Part shown: positions 51,698 to 64,000 of the stretch, piece after piece
Numbering within the stretch: position 1 is the first letter of the stretch
Layout: every line of letters begins with the position of its first letter
Source of the DNA: Octopus sinensis
Taxonomy: Eukaryota
NCBI RefSeq assembly: GCF_006345805.1
Contig: NC_042997.1
Coordinates: 65,410,001-65,474,000, forward strand
Direction: 5' to 3'
DNA: 64,000 nucleotides
The notes under the pieces: model-generated
The model's input: the letters and a program-made list of their open reading frames with translations, nothing else
What the model was told of the DNA's origin: nothing
Databases searched by the model: none
Position numbers and translations under genes: made by a program

Positions 51698-54600
51698 TCA
51701 TAGAATCATAGTCAAGGTGGCTTCGTCATTCATACGTGCCATCCTTGCTACATCACCCATCTTTTTTTAAAACATTCACTAGTCAAAACTTGCCTCTCTA
51801 CTCTCACTTTTTCTTCAAGTGATACTTGAAGAAGTTGATGAGAGATTGACGAGAGGAAGTGTTTGTCTCTAATCCTTTCAGACGCGTCCACCAGATACAT
51901 TCTTTCGCCACCAGCCAAGTATTGATAAAATAGCTCTTCCTCCCGTTTGAAGGAAGGAGGCGTGACGATATTCGAAGCTAGACTCGGCTGATAAACCGAC
52001 ACGACAGTCCCCACACGCATGGCAAGAGTCGTTCACAAAGCCCACAGGTGGGAATTGCTGGACACTGCCCGATTGCGTGCAGAGCTGTTCGTCGCTCTGC
52101 CCGCATCTCGGGCAGGTCGGCCCCGTGTTTCTCGAGCCATGCCTATAGCCTTATCCCGAACGGGTTAGCGCGCTTCTCGCACCGCACGCCGCCAGCCAGG
52201 GATCTCTGGAAGTTGTCCATAGGTCCCGGCCGAAAGTCGTTTGAAACAGGCGGTCAGGTATTCCTCGTCGAGCGCCAGGTTTGCCCCGAGCTCGTCGTCG
52301 TACCTCCCCTCCACTAATCCCCTATAGAATGCTTTGGTTGTGTTGAAGTCACTCAAGGTCGACCCGGGACGGCAGAGTTGCTTGAGAGCAACGCGACACT
52401 CGCGGTGCCATTCGCCCTTCTTCGGCCTCTTTTTGATCCACGACTGTAGTTCGGTCATGGAGACGAGTTGCGGGAATGCGTGCCTCACAAACGGCGACCA
52501 CAACCTGTTCACCGTCGTCTACATAGAGCCGGAGATGTCGCAGTCTCAGCGCGTGTCTGCGCATCATCAACCACGGCATGCCCAGCCCTCCTTTTAACGG
52601 GTGTTGACAGCAAATGGATCGCCTGACCATCGGGACGCATCCTTTCCACAAGAAGCGGAAGAGAATGCGTTCTAGTTTGGTGATGGTAGGGTCGGGACAA
52701 GGTACGACGGTCAGGCGGTAGTAGATGATGGACGCGATGTACGCGTTCACACACCTCCGCCCGACCTTTTAGGGACAGTTTCCTCTCGGCCCATTGCTGG
52801 GCGAGAGTGACCACCCTACTCGTTATCTCGTTCCAGTTCTTCTCCATTTGGAGGTCCGGACCGAACCAGACCCCGAGCAACTCAACCGGGCCGTCTGTCC
52901 AGCGTCCCACGACGGAGGTACTGGTGGACGGCATGGGCTTGCTTCTCCAGGTGCCGAGCCGCAAGCCCACTGACTTTTCCCGGTTGATTTTTGCTCCTGT
53001 CACCGCTTCGTAGTCTTTCAGTGTCTCGCCGACCCGCTCGATGTGCTCGTGGCTTGACACTATGACGGTGACGTCGTCCGCGTATGCAGACACGCTCGTC
53101 CCGCATCCTAATTCTCGCGGGATGCCCCTCAGAGTCGCCAGCTTCCGCAGTAGTGGCTCAAGAGTCAATACGTATAGAAGCGCCGAGAGGGGGCATCCCT
53201 GACGGACCGAACGTGCAATGTCGAAGGGTCTCGATAGATGTCCATTTACGCGAATTACCGAACGGATGCCTCTGTACAAGGCAGCTATCCACCGCGGAAG
53301 ACGGCCCGAAACCAGCCGCTCTCAGGACCGCCTCCAAGTATCGATGGTCTACCCTATCAAAGGCTTTCGATTGATCCAAGTTGATCAGGGCCCCACCCAT
53401 GCCAGGTTCGTTAACTACCCTGTCTATGATGTAGCGCATCAGATGGAGGTTGTCATGGATGCTCCGGCCCGCACGGCGCACGTTTGTGCGTTGTCGACCA
53501 GTTTCTCCATGACAAGCGCCAACCTCTTGGCTAACACTTTTGTCAAAATTTTCAGGTCTGCATTGAGCAGAGTGATTGGCCTAAAGTTATCTATAATGTT
53601 TCCCTTGTTTGGATCTTTCTTCAGCAGAGTTACAGCTCCTCGACTCACAAAACCGGGTATGCTCCCGTTTTGCTGCCAGTTGCAGTATACCGCTGCCAAG
53701 ACGTCTCCAAACAAGTCTGGCATACAATAGTAAAATTCGTAGGGTAGACCATCCAAACCCGGTGATTTGTCCCTCGAGCATTCTGCCATCGCTTCCCCCG
53801 CACTTCCGCCGCCGTGATGGCACTTCGCAGCACCCTGCCTTTCTTGTCGAGAGTCGTGGCAGGCTATGTAGGTAGGCACTGAGGTCTACCCTACGTTCTG
53901 CCCTCCACTTTCGTCCCGAACAGTCGGGCAAAATGCTGCTGAAAGGCCTCACACATTTTACTTGGCTCGAGCAATTCGCGCCCCTGTTCATCTACCAGTG
54001 ACCGAATGGTGGCTTTGTTGCCCTGTTGCGCCTCTGCCACCCGGCCCTCTCTCGCGGCTCCAACACCTTCGTTCCTTAGAGCACGCATCCTAGCTCTGAC
54101 AGCACATCCTTCGTGTTTGGCGTTGAAGTGTTGGTCGAGGGCCAACCTCGCCGCCAAAACGTCGGATGCGATGCCGCTTCTAATTGCCTCTTCTAGCTTC
54201 TTAACTAGCTCACCCTCTACTCTATTTCTATCTATGGCTAGTGCTTTGCTGTACCTAATCGCTTCTGCTTTTACTGCTCTCTTGAGGGCAAATCACCATT
54301 TGTTGTTGATGATGGCTCCCGTCAAAGCCTCTTTACTAGTGTGCTAATCCGGTCTCTGAAAACTTGTCTGGACGGGAATGATGCGTTCAGTTTCCAGTAC
54401 CCAGGACCCTGTCTATGTGCCTTATCTAAGTCTAGCGTACACGTCACCAATTGTGATCCGTGTAGCTGACTGTGTGGAATTGTGGACATCCTAAGTTATC
54501 CTTGTCTACTGTCCTACACAGTATCCTATCTAGATACGATCTCGACGACCCACTGCGGTTGCTCCATGTCCACGTTGGTGCATTTGGGTGGTCGAGTCGG

Positions 54601-55132
54601 TACCTGTCAGACAGTTGGAATCGTCTGAGCAGGTCTCTGAGGCATTTGCATCCCCTTCTGTTTCTGTCTCTACCCACGTAGTCTACATGCGTGTCCAAGG
54701 TAGCATTCCAATCCCCCACTAAGAGTAAAGGACGAGACGTTCCCAAGAATACTTCTAGACGTCGAAAGAAATCCGCCCGACCTGTTAAGGGCGGTGCGTA
54801 GACTGATACGAGTCGAAAAGCGCACCCATTGCTGCCGTCAACATCCAGAACGATCAGTCTACCCTCCGGGTCTACGAATATCGTCTTGACTTCGAGATCC
54901 AGGCTCTTGTGAAAAAGTACCGCGGTGCCACTACCGCCCATCCTCGGCAGACAGGGAGCGAAATAAATGTTAAACTGTCCGCCAAACATGGACTTTAGGG
55001 CCCGTGGCTCGTGGAGTCTGGTCTCACTTATGCTATGATTCCCAAATCATGTGACTTGATGTCATTTAGGAGGTATCCTTGTTTCCAAGGAGACCCCAAG
55101 CCACGCGCATTCACACAACCAATCTTGACCAT
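51698..55132 (-). pseudogene. ORF2: APE endonuclease plus reverse transcriptase, frameshifted in this assembly
   Basis: MVKIGCVNARGL; LVSVYAP; LLVGDWNATLD; TWTW..SYLDRIL; KSPGLDGLPYEFY; FRPITLLNADLKILTKVLAKRL; LINLDQSKAFDRVDH; SVRQGCPLSALLYVLTLEPL; AYADDVTV; GAKINREKS. Confidence 0.93.
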
Positions 55133-55186
55133 GATTCTATTGGGGTGTGTGCTTTAAAACACACAAATGAAAGTACAGAGAGTTAC

Positions 55187-56527
55187 TTACTTGTGTCGAA
55201 AGTTTTGGCTTCCTCGTTCTTTGATGTCTTCGAGGAGGTTTCTATATAGTTTTCGGGACAGATATTTCTGGAAACCCCCTACACACATTTGGGAAGAGGG
55301 CTTTGAGTTTGTGGTGTTGTGTTTGTGTGATGTGTAGTATTTTGATGTGTTTGGGTGGTGTGTAGTGCGTGGATGATTGCTATTTTTAAAGTCATCTTCA
55401 CAAATGTTTGTGTATCCTGTGATGTACTCCATTAGTTTGGAGTCTTTTGTGTCTATCGCTGATAGCATTGTTTTTGTGGTGTTGGTGCTTGTTTTGTTGT
55501 GTATGGAGTTTTCAGGGTTCAGGTATCTCCCTGCTTTGGTTGCGATTTCTTGTTTGGTTTTTCTTGATCTTTTTCTTTTACCCCCTGTGGCTATTTGCCA
55601 TTCTGTCGAACTTTCATCGTTAGATGAAAAGTCTGACGAATCAGCAGGGGGCAAGGGTAAAGCGTCTGGGTGTGTTTGTGCGGTTGTAGATATTGTTGTG
55701 GTGCGCGGGGAGGGTGTTGCTGGGGGGTTTGTTGTGGTTATTGTCTCTCCTACATCCTTGATGCTTGTCTTCTTCGTTGTTATTCTTGGTGTTGGAATTG
55801 GTTTATTTGTTGTTGGTGGTGATGATTCTGTTCTTGGCGCTGGTGTTGGTGTTGTTTGGTTGGGTTGGCTTGTTCTTTGTTGTTTTTCCTGCATTTCCGC
55901 ATACAGCTTCTTGACTAGCTGTCCATATTGTGGTGTGGGCAATAATCCTGGCTTTTGTGATTTTTCCTGTGGCTGTTGTTGTTGTTGTAATTTTGCGGCA
56001 GATTTGCACTCCTTTTTGAGGTGTGCCTCACTGCCACATGTATAGCATCGTGGCCTTCTGCCCTCGACTACTACGTATAACTTGCGGCCATCCTCAAGAT
56101 GTACGTGGGTGGGGATTTTATTTATGTCCTCTTGACTTATGTGGAAGAGGAACTCTATTCTCTTTCCCAGCCAGTCCTTGTTTTCCGAAACACTGATATC
56201 TAGGATGTTTATGTCCTCCATTTCGGATGTTAATGCGGATGTAATCCACAGTGTTGTAGTCACTTGGGGGACACCACTGATAATGACTTTCGTCACCTTC
56301 TGGCCGAGGTAACTCGGTGTCAACGTTAGTTCATCAGAATGAAGGGTTATCGTTGAGAATTTCTTCGCCAACTCTTCATTCTGAAAAACCACCTGTACGT
56401 GTGCGAACTTGTTCGCCCAAGTCACACAATCCTTGTATCCCCAGATGGGGCGTAAGCACTTTTCGACTTTGTCTGTGCTTGCCTTTTCTGGACTTTTTTT
56501 TTTTTTTATTTGTGATTTTATATACAA
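55187..56527 (-). CDS. ORF1 nucleic-acid-binding protein of the Tx1-like LINE (true start probably further upstream)
   Basis: 446-aa ORF with RRPRCYTCGSEAHLKKEC zinc knuckle followed by a P/T/Q-rich tail. Upstream frame (NFAEAIKEKVTKV..ILNEEKK) joins via homopolymer shifts. Confidence 0.85.
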   Translation of the reverse strand: MYIKSQIKKKKSPEKASTDKVEKCLRPIWGYKDCVTWANKFAHVQVVFQNEELAKKFSTITLHSDELTLTPSYLGQKVTKVIISGVPQVTTTLWITSALTSEMEDINILDISVSENKDWLGKRIEFLFHISQEDINKIPTHVHLEDGRKLYVVVEGRRPRCYTCGSEAHLKKECKSAAKLQQQQQPQEKSQKPGLLPTPQYGQLVKKLYAEMQEKQQRTSQPNQTTPTPAPRTESSPPTTNKPIPTPRITTKKTSIKDVGETITTTNPPATPSPRTTTISTTAQTHPDALPLPPADSSDFSSNDESSTEWQIATGGKRKRSRKTKQEIATKAGRYLNPENSIHNKTSTNTTKTMLSAIDTKDSKLMEYITGYTNICEDDFKNSNHPRTTHHPNTSKYYTSHKHNTTNSKPSSQMCVGGFQKYLSRKLYRNLLEDIKERGSQNFRHK

Positions 56528-56937
56528 TTGTCTTTTTTTTCCTCATTCAGTATATGCTGAGGTATGTGTAAGAGTATTTTTCCGTTTTGATTTGTAATAA
56601 GGTTTCTGCAATCTTTAATCTGTTGTGTGGTAAACGAAACTTTTGTTACCTTTTCTTTTATCGCCTCGGCGAAGTTTGTTGTTGTTGTTTGTTGTTACTG
56701 CCGGTGGTGTTGGTGTTGATGGCAGGGGTGTGGGTTGTAGGTTTGTGGTTGCTGATTATGCAACTAGCAAGGGGTGGAAAATTGCCTGCGTAATTTAGTC
56801 CTGCATTAGCGCAAACTTCGGCATTTCGTTTGCTTGTCGTCGTTATTTTTTCACTTGTTGGTGATGGAGTGAGCAGTGGTTGAAGGGAATTGTTGTTGTC
56901 GTCGTCGTCGTTGTTGTTGTTGTTGTTGTTGTTGTTG

Positions 56938-56974
<37 letters not shown>

Positions 56975-57274
56975 CTTGGTGACGGCGGTGGTGTTAGTAG
57001 TATTAGTAGCATTGACGGCACGGTCTTTGGTGGCGGTGATGTTGGTATTGTTATTGGTGGCGACGTCTTTAGTAGGGATAGCAGTTTTAGTAGCAGATTC
57101 TGCCATGGTGTTGTTGTCGGTGTTGGTGGTGGTGGTGGTGGTGGACTCACTGATGGTGTTGACGGTGCTTGGCCTTGCGACCTTTGTTTTGTATTTGTTG
57201 CTGTTGTCGATGTTGATGGTGGCGGAGTTGTCAGGTTCAGCGTAAGGTAACAGAGCATCCTGTTTTTCTGCCTC

Positions 57275-57391
<117 letters not shown>

Positions 57392-57420
57392 AATTTGATA
57401 CTGATTAGAAGATCGAAAAT

Positions 57421-57463
57421 CCACCTGAAGATTGTCGGTAGCAGACATGAAACATTTGTGTGG
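57421..57463 (+). ncRNA. Decayed minimal hammerhead motif in a 250-bp segment flanked by (TA)n
   Basis: ccac CTGAAGA t-TGTC-ggtagca-GACA-t GAAA CATTTGT gtgg: both core strands intact, helices I-III partly paired, H17 nucleotide apparently missing. Confidence 0.55.
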
Positions 57464-57636
57464 CGTTTATTTAATTTATATTAAAATTTTATGTATTGAT
57501 TAAGTCTTTCCTTGTTTGGTTTTAAAATAGTGGTTTTGTCTCGAATTATATTATATAATATTTTACTATAAAATTGGATTTAACCCTAAATCTGATTTTT
57601 CCTGTAATTTTGGATTCATTCCCTAATATTTATTAT

Positions 57637-57741
<105 letters not shown>

Positions 57742-57867
57742 TGTTGTGTCTGGGGAAAGTCATTCACTTTTAGAGCCTTATAATTTAACTCACTCACCGG
57801 TAAAATACCCACTCATTTCTTTTTTATTTTTCTAAAATTTTCGTTGTGTCTTGCAACCTTTTCAATG

Positions 57868-58742
57868 GTCAAACTGGGTTATTGGGTTCTCTTGCTTGTG
57901 TGGTATGGTGTAGAGTCCTGTTGCCAGATATAGGGTCTTCCGGCAGCCACCTTCTGGACTCAGGAGGGAACCACCTCCTCCGGCCAATTAATGTAGGCCT
58001 CCGTGTTAAGTGTGAGGTTGTGTGGGAAGATGAATGGAGGCATAAAGTCGCCATCACTAGTGATCACTTCGAACACCAAGATGTTGACTGGATGCTTGAT
58101 TTTTATCACTCTCAATACGTGTTTTTGGGGTCACAGTAAGTTCACCAACTCGTTCTGGCAGAAATGTTTCTCGTCTGAGAAAAACAAACCATGTTCGGTT
58201 AGACGGGATGCTTAAGTTTGATCAACAGCTTAGTAGTGCGCTCTTTCCTCTTGCCCTTGATGGCTTGGGATAAAAATTGGCACTTTCTCGTCTTGTATGA
58301 CGAATACCGAATGTCTTCATGCACTACCTGCCTGATAAGAAACTCAGACACTCCCATATCCCTGAAGATGGACCTAATTGACTTGGAGGGATCATTGTCA
58401 ATTATGGCCTGGATCTCACCAAAAGATTCTGGGCTTCTTTTCTTAGCAGAACGATCAGAATGCTTTCTGAGCGGCTTTACCTCCCAAATCTTTTTCGAAT
58501 CCTCTGCACCGTCCCCTGATTGACACCCTATTAGAGCTTCCGGCGCGAATGCCAAGCAGTACAGCATGTAATTTCCAAATTTCTGGCAGAGTGAATTGCG
58601 TCATGACGTTGCTTTTCTCTCAGACAGTGTCCAACTCCGCCTACTATACTATGCAGTCGACGAATCAAAAACAGTCAATGCGCATGTGTGAAATTAGAAT
58701 ATATAAAATAGTGACAATTTACCAATTACCAGTGACAATTTA

Positions 58743-58745
<3 letters not shown>
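57868..58745 (-). mobile_element. maT (DD37D-type) element, C-terminus missing; same family as 33988-34853
   Basis: IQAIIDNDPSKSIRSIFRDMGVSEFLIRQVVHEDIRYSSYK; IKHPVNILVFEVITSDGDFMPPFIFP; GRPYIWQQDSTPYHTS. Confidence 0.85.
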
Positions 58746-58835
<90 letters not shown>

Positions 58836-58875
58836 TCGGGTCACTTAAACATACACACTATATACTTGGCTCTCG

Positions 58876-58945
<70 letters not shown>

Positions 58946-58946
<1 letters not shown>

Positions 58947-59580
58947 TTTTTTTTTCCTCTTTCAAATTTGCTTCCATTTCTTGCCGAGTGTCTTCCCGAC
59001 TCCTAGGGCAAAGAAACTCATAGTATACATTGGTAGGCCATTAAACTAAACTCAACAGTTCGTTCATTTTTTTTTTTAAGTTAAATCAAAATACATCGGT
59101 AGTAATAATTCTCACATCGACAATGCTCTTCTCAATACGTGTGATGTAGCAGTTAAGACAATCTTTTGCACTTCTTGCAGGGATGGTAAGCCAGGGATCA
59201 TTCTCATATAATTTTCGGTTCCCTTCTTGATCATTCCTAGTGCACCTACGATCACTGATATTGTAACCGCCTTGAGATGCCACATTTTCTCAATTTCAAT
59301 GAATAGGTCTTTATATTTTCTGAGCTTGTCAAACTCTTTCGCTGAGATATTATGATCACAGGGGATGCTCATGTCGATCAATAAGCAAACTTTATTGTTT
59401 TGGTCTTTCACAACAATATCTGGTTTATTGGCCTTGATGGTTCGGTCTGTATGTACTGGAAAGTCCCACAGAATGGTTACATTTTCTCCTTCAGTTACAG
59501 CCTCAGGGTGGTGATTATACTACTTGTCGGCAGTTTTGATATTGTAATGCCGACTTATTAGCCAGTGTAGATATTGGCCA

Positions 59581-59584
<4 letters not shown>
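58946..59584 (-). mobile_element. RLE-type LINE 3' fragment, subfamily 3
   Basis: RVGQYLHWLISRHY..ILWDFPVHTDRTIKANKPDIVVKDQNNKVCLLIDMSIP..KYKDL..VGALGMI..VLRRALSM*. One internal TAG; (TAA)n on both sides. Confidence 0.92.
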
Positions 59585-59655
<71 letters not shown>

Positions 59656-59656
59656 C

Positions 59657-59725
<69 letters not shown>

Positions 59726-60172
59726 GCCTTTGCACAGATTCTAACGCTAAAGATGTACTACAGTGTCAGCTGTTCACTACTCGAGCGCTTCCAAGCAGTG
59801 CTGTTTTCTGCAAGTGCTCCATCCTTATTGCAGCCCCTATTTAATCCACGTACTTCTCGAAATTTTTGCTCACTGCTCCCAGTGCTTCGACAATTATTGG
59901 TACTATTGCTACCTTTTTCATCGACCACAACTGCTCAACTTCCCAAGCTAACCTGCCATATCTCTCGATTTTTTCTTTCTTCCTTATCGCATACGTTGTT
60001 GTCAGCTGGGCATGCTACATCTATTATCCCGCATAGTTTGTTTTCTTTCTCAATTAAGACTCTGTCCGGCTTTCTATTATTTATTGTATGTTCGCAATGA
60101 ATCATAAAATCCTATAGGATCTTTGCTTTTCTATTTTCTACGATGCCTTCAGGTTTGTGGTCGTTTTTGCTC
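59726..60172 (-). mobile_element. RLE-type LINE 3' fragment, subfamily 4
   Basis: KPEGIVENRKAKIL*DFMIHCEHTINNRKPDRVLIEKENKLCGIIDVACPADNNV..KEERKIERYGRLAWEVEQLW..HLQKTALLGSARV. (TAA)n on both sides. Confidence 0.88.
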
Positions 60173-60208
60173 ATTATCATTATTATTAGTAGTAGTAGTA
60201 TTTTTGTT

Positions 60209-60620
60209 GAGTAGAGGGCAACGCATGCCATTAAAGTGACACTGGGGTACAAATATGCGAAGCCCAATATATCCATCATAACTACCTTTCTGATAAGGAT
60301 ACGCCAGGCATATGCACCACAATCACATGTGCGTGACATGATGATGTCATATCTAGATACACAGTGCAAGATCCTACAGGTGGTGCGCAGTTAGAATTTT
60401 CTTCTGTTCTCGAAGCCCATTCCACTCAAAAGGTCCCTGAATAAGGTTTGTTTAAAGATGTAGAACGAAGCACCTATCTTTCTAGAGATGAATTATTCAA
60501 CTCCAAAGAATTTCTCTTAAAACATGAGTAAGCTGTTCTACCACTACCTCTGCTCGTGATCAGAGATGCACATCTCGTCAGCCACCAAAAACATGCTCAT
60601 TTGTAGAAGTTCAAGCAATA
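60209..60620. repeat. Second, more diverged copy of the 529-bp (TAA)n-associated repeat
   Basis: GCATGCCAT.AAAGT.ACA.TGGGG..CGAAGCCCA..CAGTTAGAATTTTCTTCTG..GATCAGAGATGCACAT.TCGTCAGCCAC shared with 48525-49053. Confidence 0.8.
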
Positions 60621-61184
60621 ATTACTGGAACTTTACAAGTATTAAAAACAGATCAGATTGAGTCAATCTTTTACTATTGGACAGATTTACATAAGATAGT
60701 TTAAAACATAAAATATTTAACAGCATCATTTGAAAAGTATGAAATATAGATTCCAAAGATTCTGGCATTATTGCGTTCAAACGTCAAATAATTGTATATC
60801 TTTAGGTCGATTTATTATTTCTTATACGTTCCAGATGACGAACATCTCGACTGTCAAACCTCGAAGGATAAAGATTTCTCATGCAAGAGAAATAGTAAGT
60901 TTCGTTTCATTGGCTACAATATAAATAGTAACCTTGATTAGTACTGAAAGGATAAACTTCGATCATCAAATTGTCGTTGTTTCTTATATGTGATCTCCCA
61001 GTTGGTTGTGAAAAATGTAATGAGTAAAACAAAAATCATACCAAATATCTTGAGGTACCTGGTTACATCCTTCCATATAGCTAGTTCGACTTCCTTTACA
61101 GAGGGACGTCTAGAACAGATAAAATAAAATATCAGTTAGGTACTGGATACCATGAAAAGGAATGTGTGGTAATATGCTTATTTA

Positions 61185-61405
61185 AGATATTGATTTCCAA
61201 TATCAGCACAAGGCCAGGAAGTTCGGGAAAGGGTCTAAGTCGATGAAATCGACCCCATTCATCAACTAGTACTTATCTTGTCGGTCCCCGAAGGATGAAA
61301 AGCAAAGTCGACCCCGGCGGTATTTAAACTCAGGACGTAAGGACGGATAAAATGCCCCAAACCATTTTGCCCGGCGGGCTAACGTTTCTTCCAGTTCGCT
61401 GCCTT
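61185..61405 (-). mobile_element. SINE type B
   Basis: Revcomp GGCAGCGAACTGG..CGTTAGCCCGCCGGGCAAAATG..GTCGACTTTGCTTTTCATCCTTCGGGG. Confidence 0.8.
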
Positions 61406-61868
61406 GTGCTTATTTTAGATAATAATATTTGATATCTTGAGAGCTTGGCCTATTAACAGAATCCATGATGAAACGGACAGGATGGAGTGTAGCATTTTCA
61501 TATATTTCCTCTTCGAGTGTGGACTCAATTATGTTTTTCCTACCTTTCATCCTTCAGGGTTTGATAAAATATGTGGCATTCTTGTACAGACGTCGAAATA
61601 ACGATGAAGATCCTATGTATATACATTATATATGTGTGTGTACGTGTGTGCATGTGTGTGTGTGTATGTGCGTGTTTGTGTGTGTGTGTGTCTGTATGTA
61701 ACACTGTAACGGTCAGACTACTGGATGCTGTAATACATCGCTGGTCATATCTGTACGATTATTTCGACATCTCTACTGGAATACATATTTTATCAAACTT
61801 GCGATCGTGAGTGCAAACTTCTAAGCACTAGGGCACACGCCTTCACGTATGTATATGTGTGTGTATAC

Positions 61869-61933
<65 letters not shown>

Positions 61934-62723
61934 TACACACACAGTTATCCACACCCTCCCATTTACACACACTTCAGGCTGACTCTCAAACACCCTTCTA
62001 CTGCCCTGACTACTACTGACTATCCTATCTACGAACATGTGCAAAAACACACAACCATACACATGTCACTATAACTGCTGACCTCTCACTACGACATTTA
62101 AAGACACACACAGATCCCTCGCATAAACACATGTAAACAGTTCATACTACACACACCACACACACACACACATACACACACACAGTTACCACCACACGCG
62201 CCCACGCTACCACGCACACACACGTGCACAGAGTTACTGCCATATAAACACACCCTACCATACACATACAAGGTATCACACACATGCCTCTACCACCACA
62301 CGGACACACACACTCAGTTACTGCCACGCACACATTTAGTTATTGCCACACACACATGGGGTCAAATTCACACACATACGTTATCACACACATACACACG
62401 CTAAAACGCATACACACGTGCATACACAGAGATACCAACAATTCTTCACACTCTCCTGTCCGAGAAAGCACTTTCTCTTTGTCCATCTACTCCGGTCATT
62501 CTAAAGTGTATCTACACGTGGACTGTTTGCGACTTTTCCCTCCTTCCTTTTCTGTTAGACTCCCCTATGTTTTATATATTATGTGTGTGTGAGTACATGC
62601 GTCATATGCGTATGCATTTATAACATATATATATTATATATATTATATGTATGCGTGTGTGAATATCATACATGTGCAAACAGAAAAAATAGATAGATAG
62701 ATTGATAGAAAAATAGATAGATA

Positions 62724-62805
<82 letters not shown>

Positions 62806-63357
62806 TGAAGCATATATTAGTATATATATATATAATATATATATATATATATTATATATATATAATATATATATATATATATGCATTTGTAATGTTGATT
62901 GTTTGTATTAAATGCGCACAAAACTGTACTTATTATTTACCTCCTGATAAAAGATTGTATAGTATTTATACTGGGAAACGCCAATCAAGTATTACACAAA
63001 GCTCATGCTACTGTCTCTCAAAATTTCAAAATGGTGAAAGAAGTAGTAAAACAAGCAGTCGAAATTAAATAGTAGCGTCTATCACATCCTCCCTCTCCAC
63101 TCTCTCTTTCTCTCTCTCCCTCTTTCTTTTTTCTCTCTTTCTCACATCATATTTTCCCATCTCTCTCTGTCTTTCTCTCTCTCTTCCTCTCTCTACATGA
63201 AAGTAGAAGACAGCCATGTAATAAAAGGAATAATGAAAAGAGCCATAAAGACGGAGATAGTAAAGAAAGTGTGCTAACAGCGTCGGCACATTTCCATGAC
63301 GTCAAATTACTGTGTTCCTCCCTTCTTCAGTCTCGTTTCAATATTTCTCTGCTTCCT

Positions 63358-63812
63358 AGGGCGGTTAGCTGACAGAATCGTTATCATGCCGGACAAAATG
63401 CTTACGGCATTTTGTCCACATTTATGTTCTGATTTGAAATTCCACGGAGGTCGACTTTTCCATTCATCATTTTGAAGATCGATAAAATAAGTACCAGTTG
63501 AGCAAAGGCGTCGAGGTATTCGACTTACGCTCTTTACCGAAATTACTGACTTTGTGTCAAAATTTGAAACTAATATTTATATCTGTCCTAAGGTAGCGAA
63601 CGGGCGGAATTGTTACCGAGCCGGACAAAACTTATAGCACCAATCTTCCCTAGTTTGCGGTCTGAGTTCAAATTCCGCCAGGATCGACTTTGCTTTCATC
63701 CTTTCGAGATCGAAAAAATAAATACCAGCTCAGCAATGGGATTGGTGTAATTGACTTAACCCCTTCCCCGAAAGTGCTCGCCTTGTGCCAAATCTTAAAA
63801 CCAATATTTCTT
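63358..63812 (+). mobile_element. Two tandem SINE type B copies (63358-63575 and 63591-63812)
   Basis: Both show head, TCTGA.TT.AAATTCC..G.TCGACTTT..TTCATC.TTT..AGATCGA.AAAATAA.TACCAG. Confidence 0.8.
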
Positions 63813-64000
63813 TCTTTCCCTCTCACCCTCTGACATATTAGAAAAGAGAAAACGGAGACTGAGAACCTCACATGTATACAGAAACATATTGAGGAAGTGA
63901 TGAAAACTGTCCGAAAATGGGATTAATGGCGATTCCCTGTTAGAACAATTTTTTGGAGTCAAGTGAGAGCAATTTTTTCCATATTTCATAAAATGCACAG

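Larger units (their letters stand above)
51261..57274 (-). mobile_element. Near full-length Tx1/L1-clade non-LTR retrotransposon (about 6 kb)
   Basis: ORF1 with CCHC knuckle, 54-bp spacer, APE-RT ORF2. Inferred 3'UTR ends GGCTAATAAAGAAA next to a microsatellite; 5' end abuts (TCTA)n. Confidence 0.92.

Overview
AT-rich eukaryotic DNA saturated with microsatellites ((TA)n, (CA)n, (TATG)n, (TAGA)n, (TAA)n) and transposable elements. The SINE families and repeat landscape look like an octopod cephalopod genome (inference from recognition, not a database search). No host protein-coding exon could be supported, and most ORF-track entries are translations of microsatellites. Recognisable content: a near full-length Tx1/L1-clade LINE (51.3-57.3 kb) and the 5' half of a second one; a Penelope-like (PLE) RT fragment; five 5'-truncated RLE-type (R4/Dong-like) LINE ends, four of them clustered in (TAA)n tracts; an RTE 3' end; eight Tc1/mariner-superfamily remnants; and many tRNA-derived SINEs. 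The main hidden signal is RNA structure. A very young ORF-less 603-bp pseudo-LTR-like unit at 42.3-43.6 kb is arranged as a partial tandem plus a 545-bp inverted copy between (TA)n tracts. Each copy carries a canonical type I hammerhead ribozyme with a palindromic helix III and an unusually long (82-nt) helix II. Two further palindromic (TA)n-embedded elements share this architecture, and several unrelated repeats carry variant or decayed hammerhead motifs.
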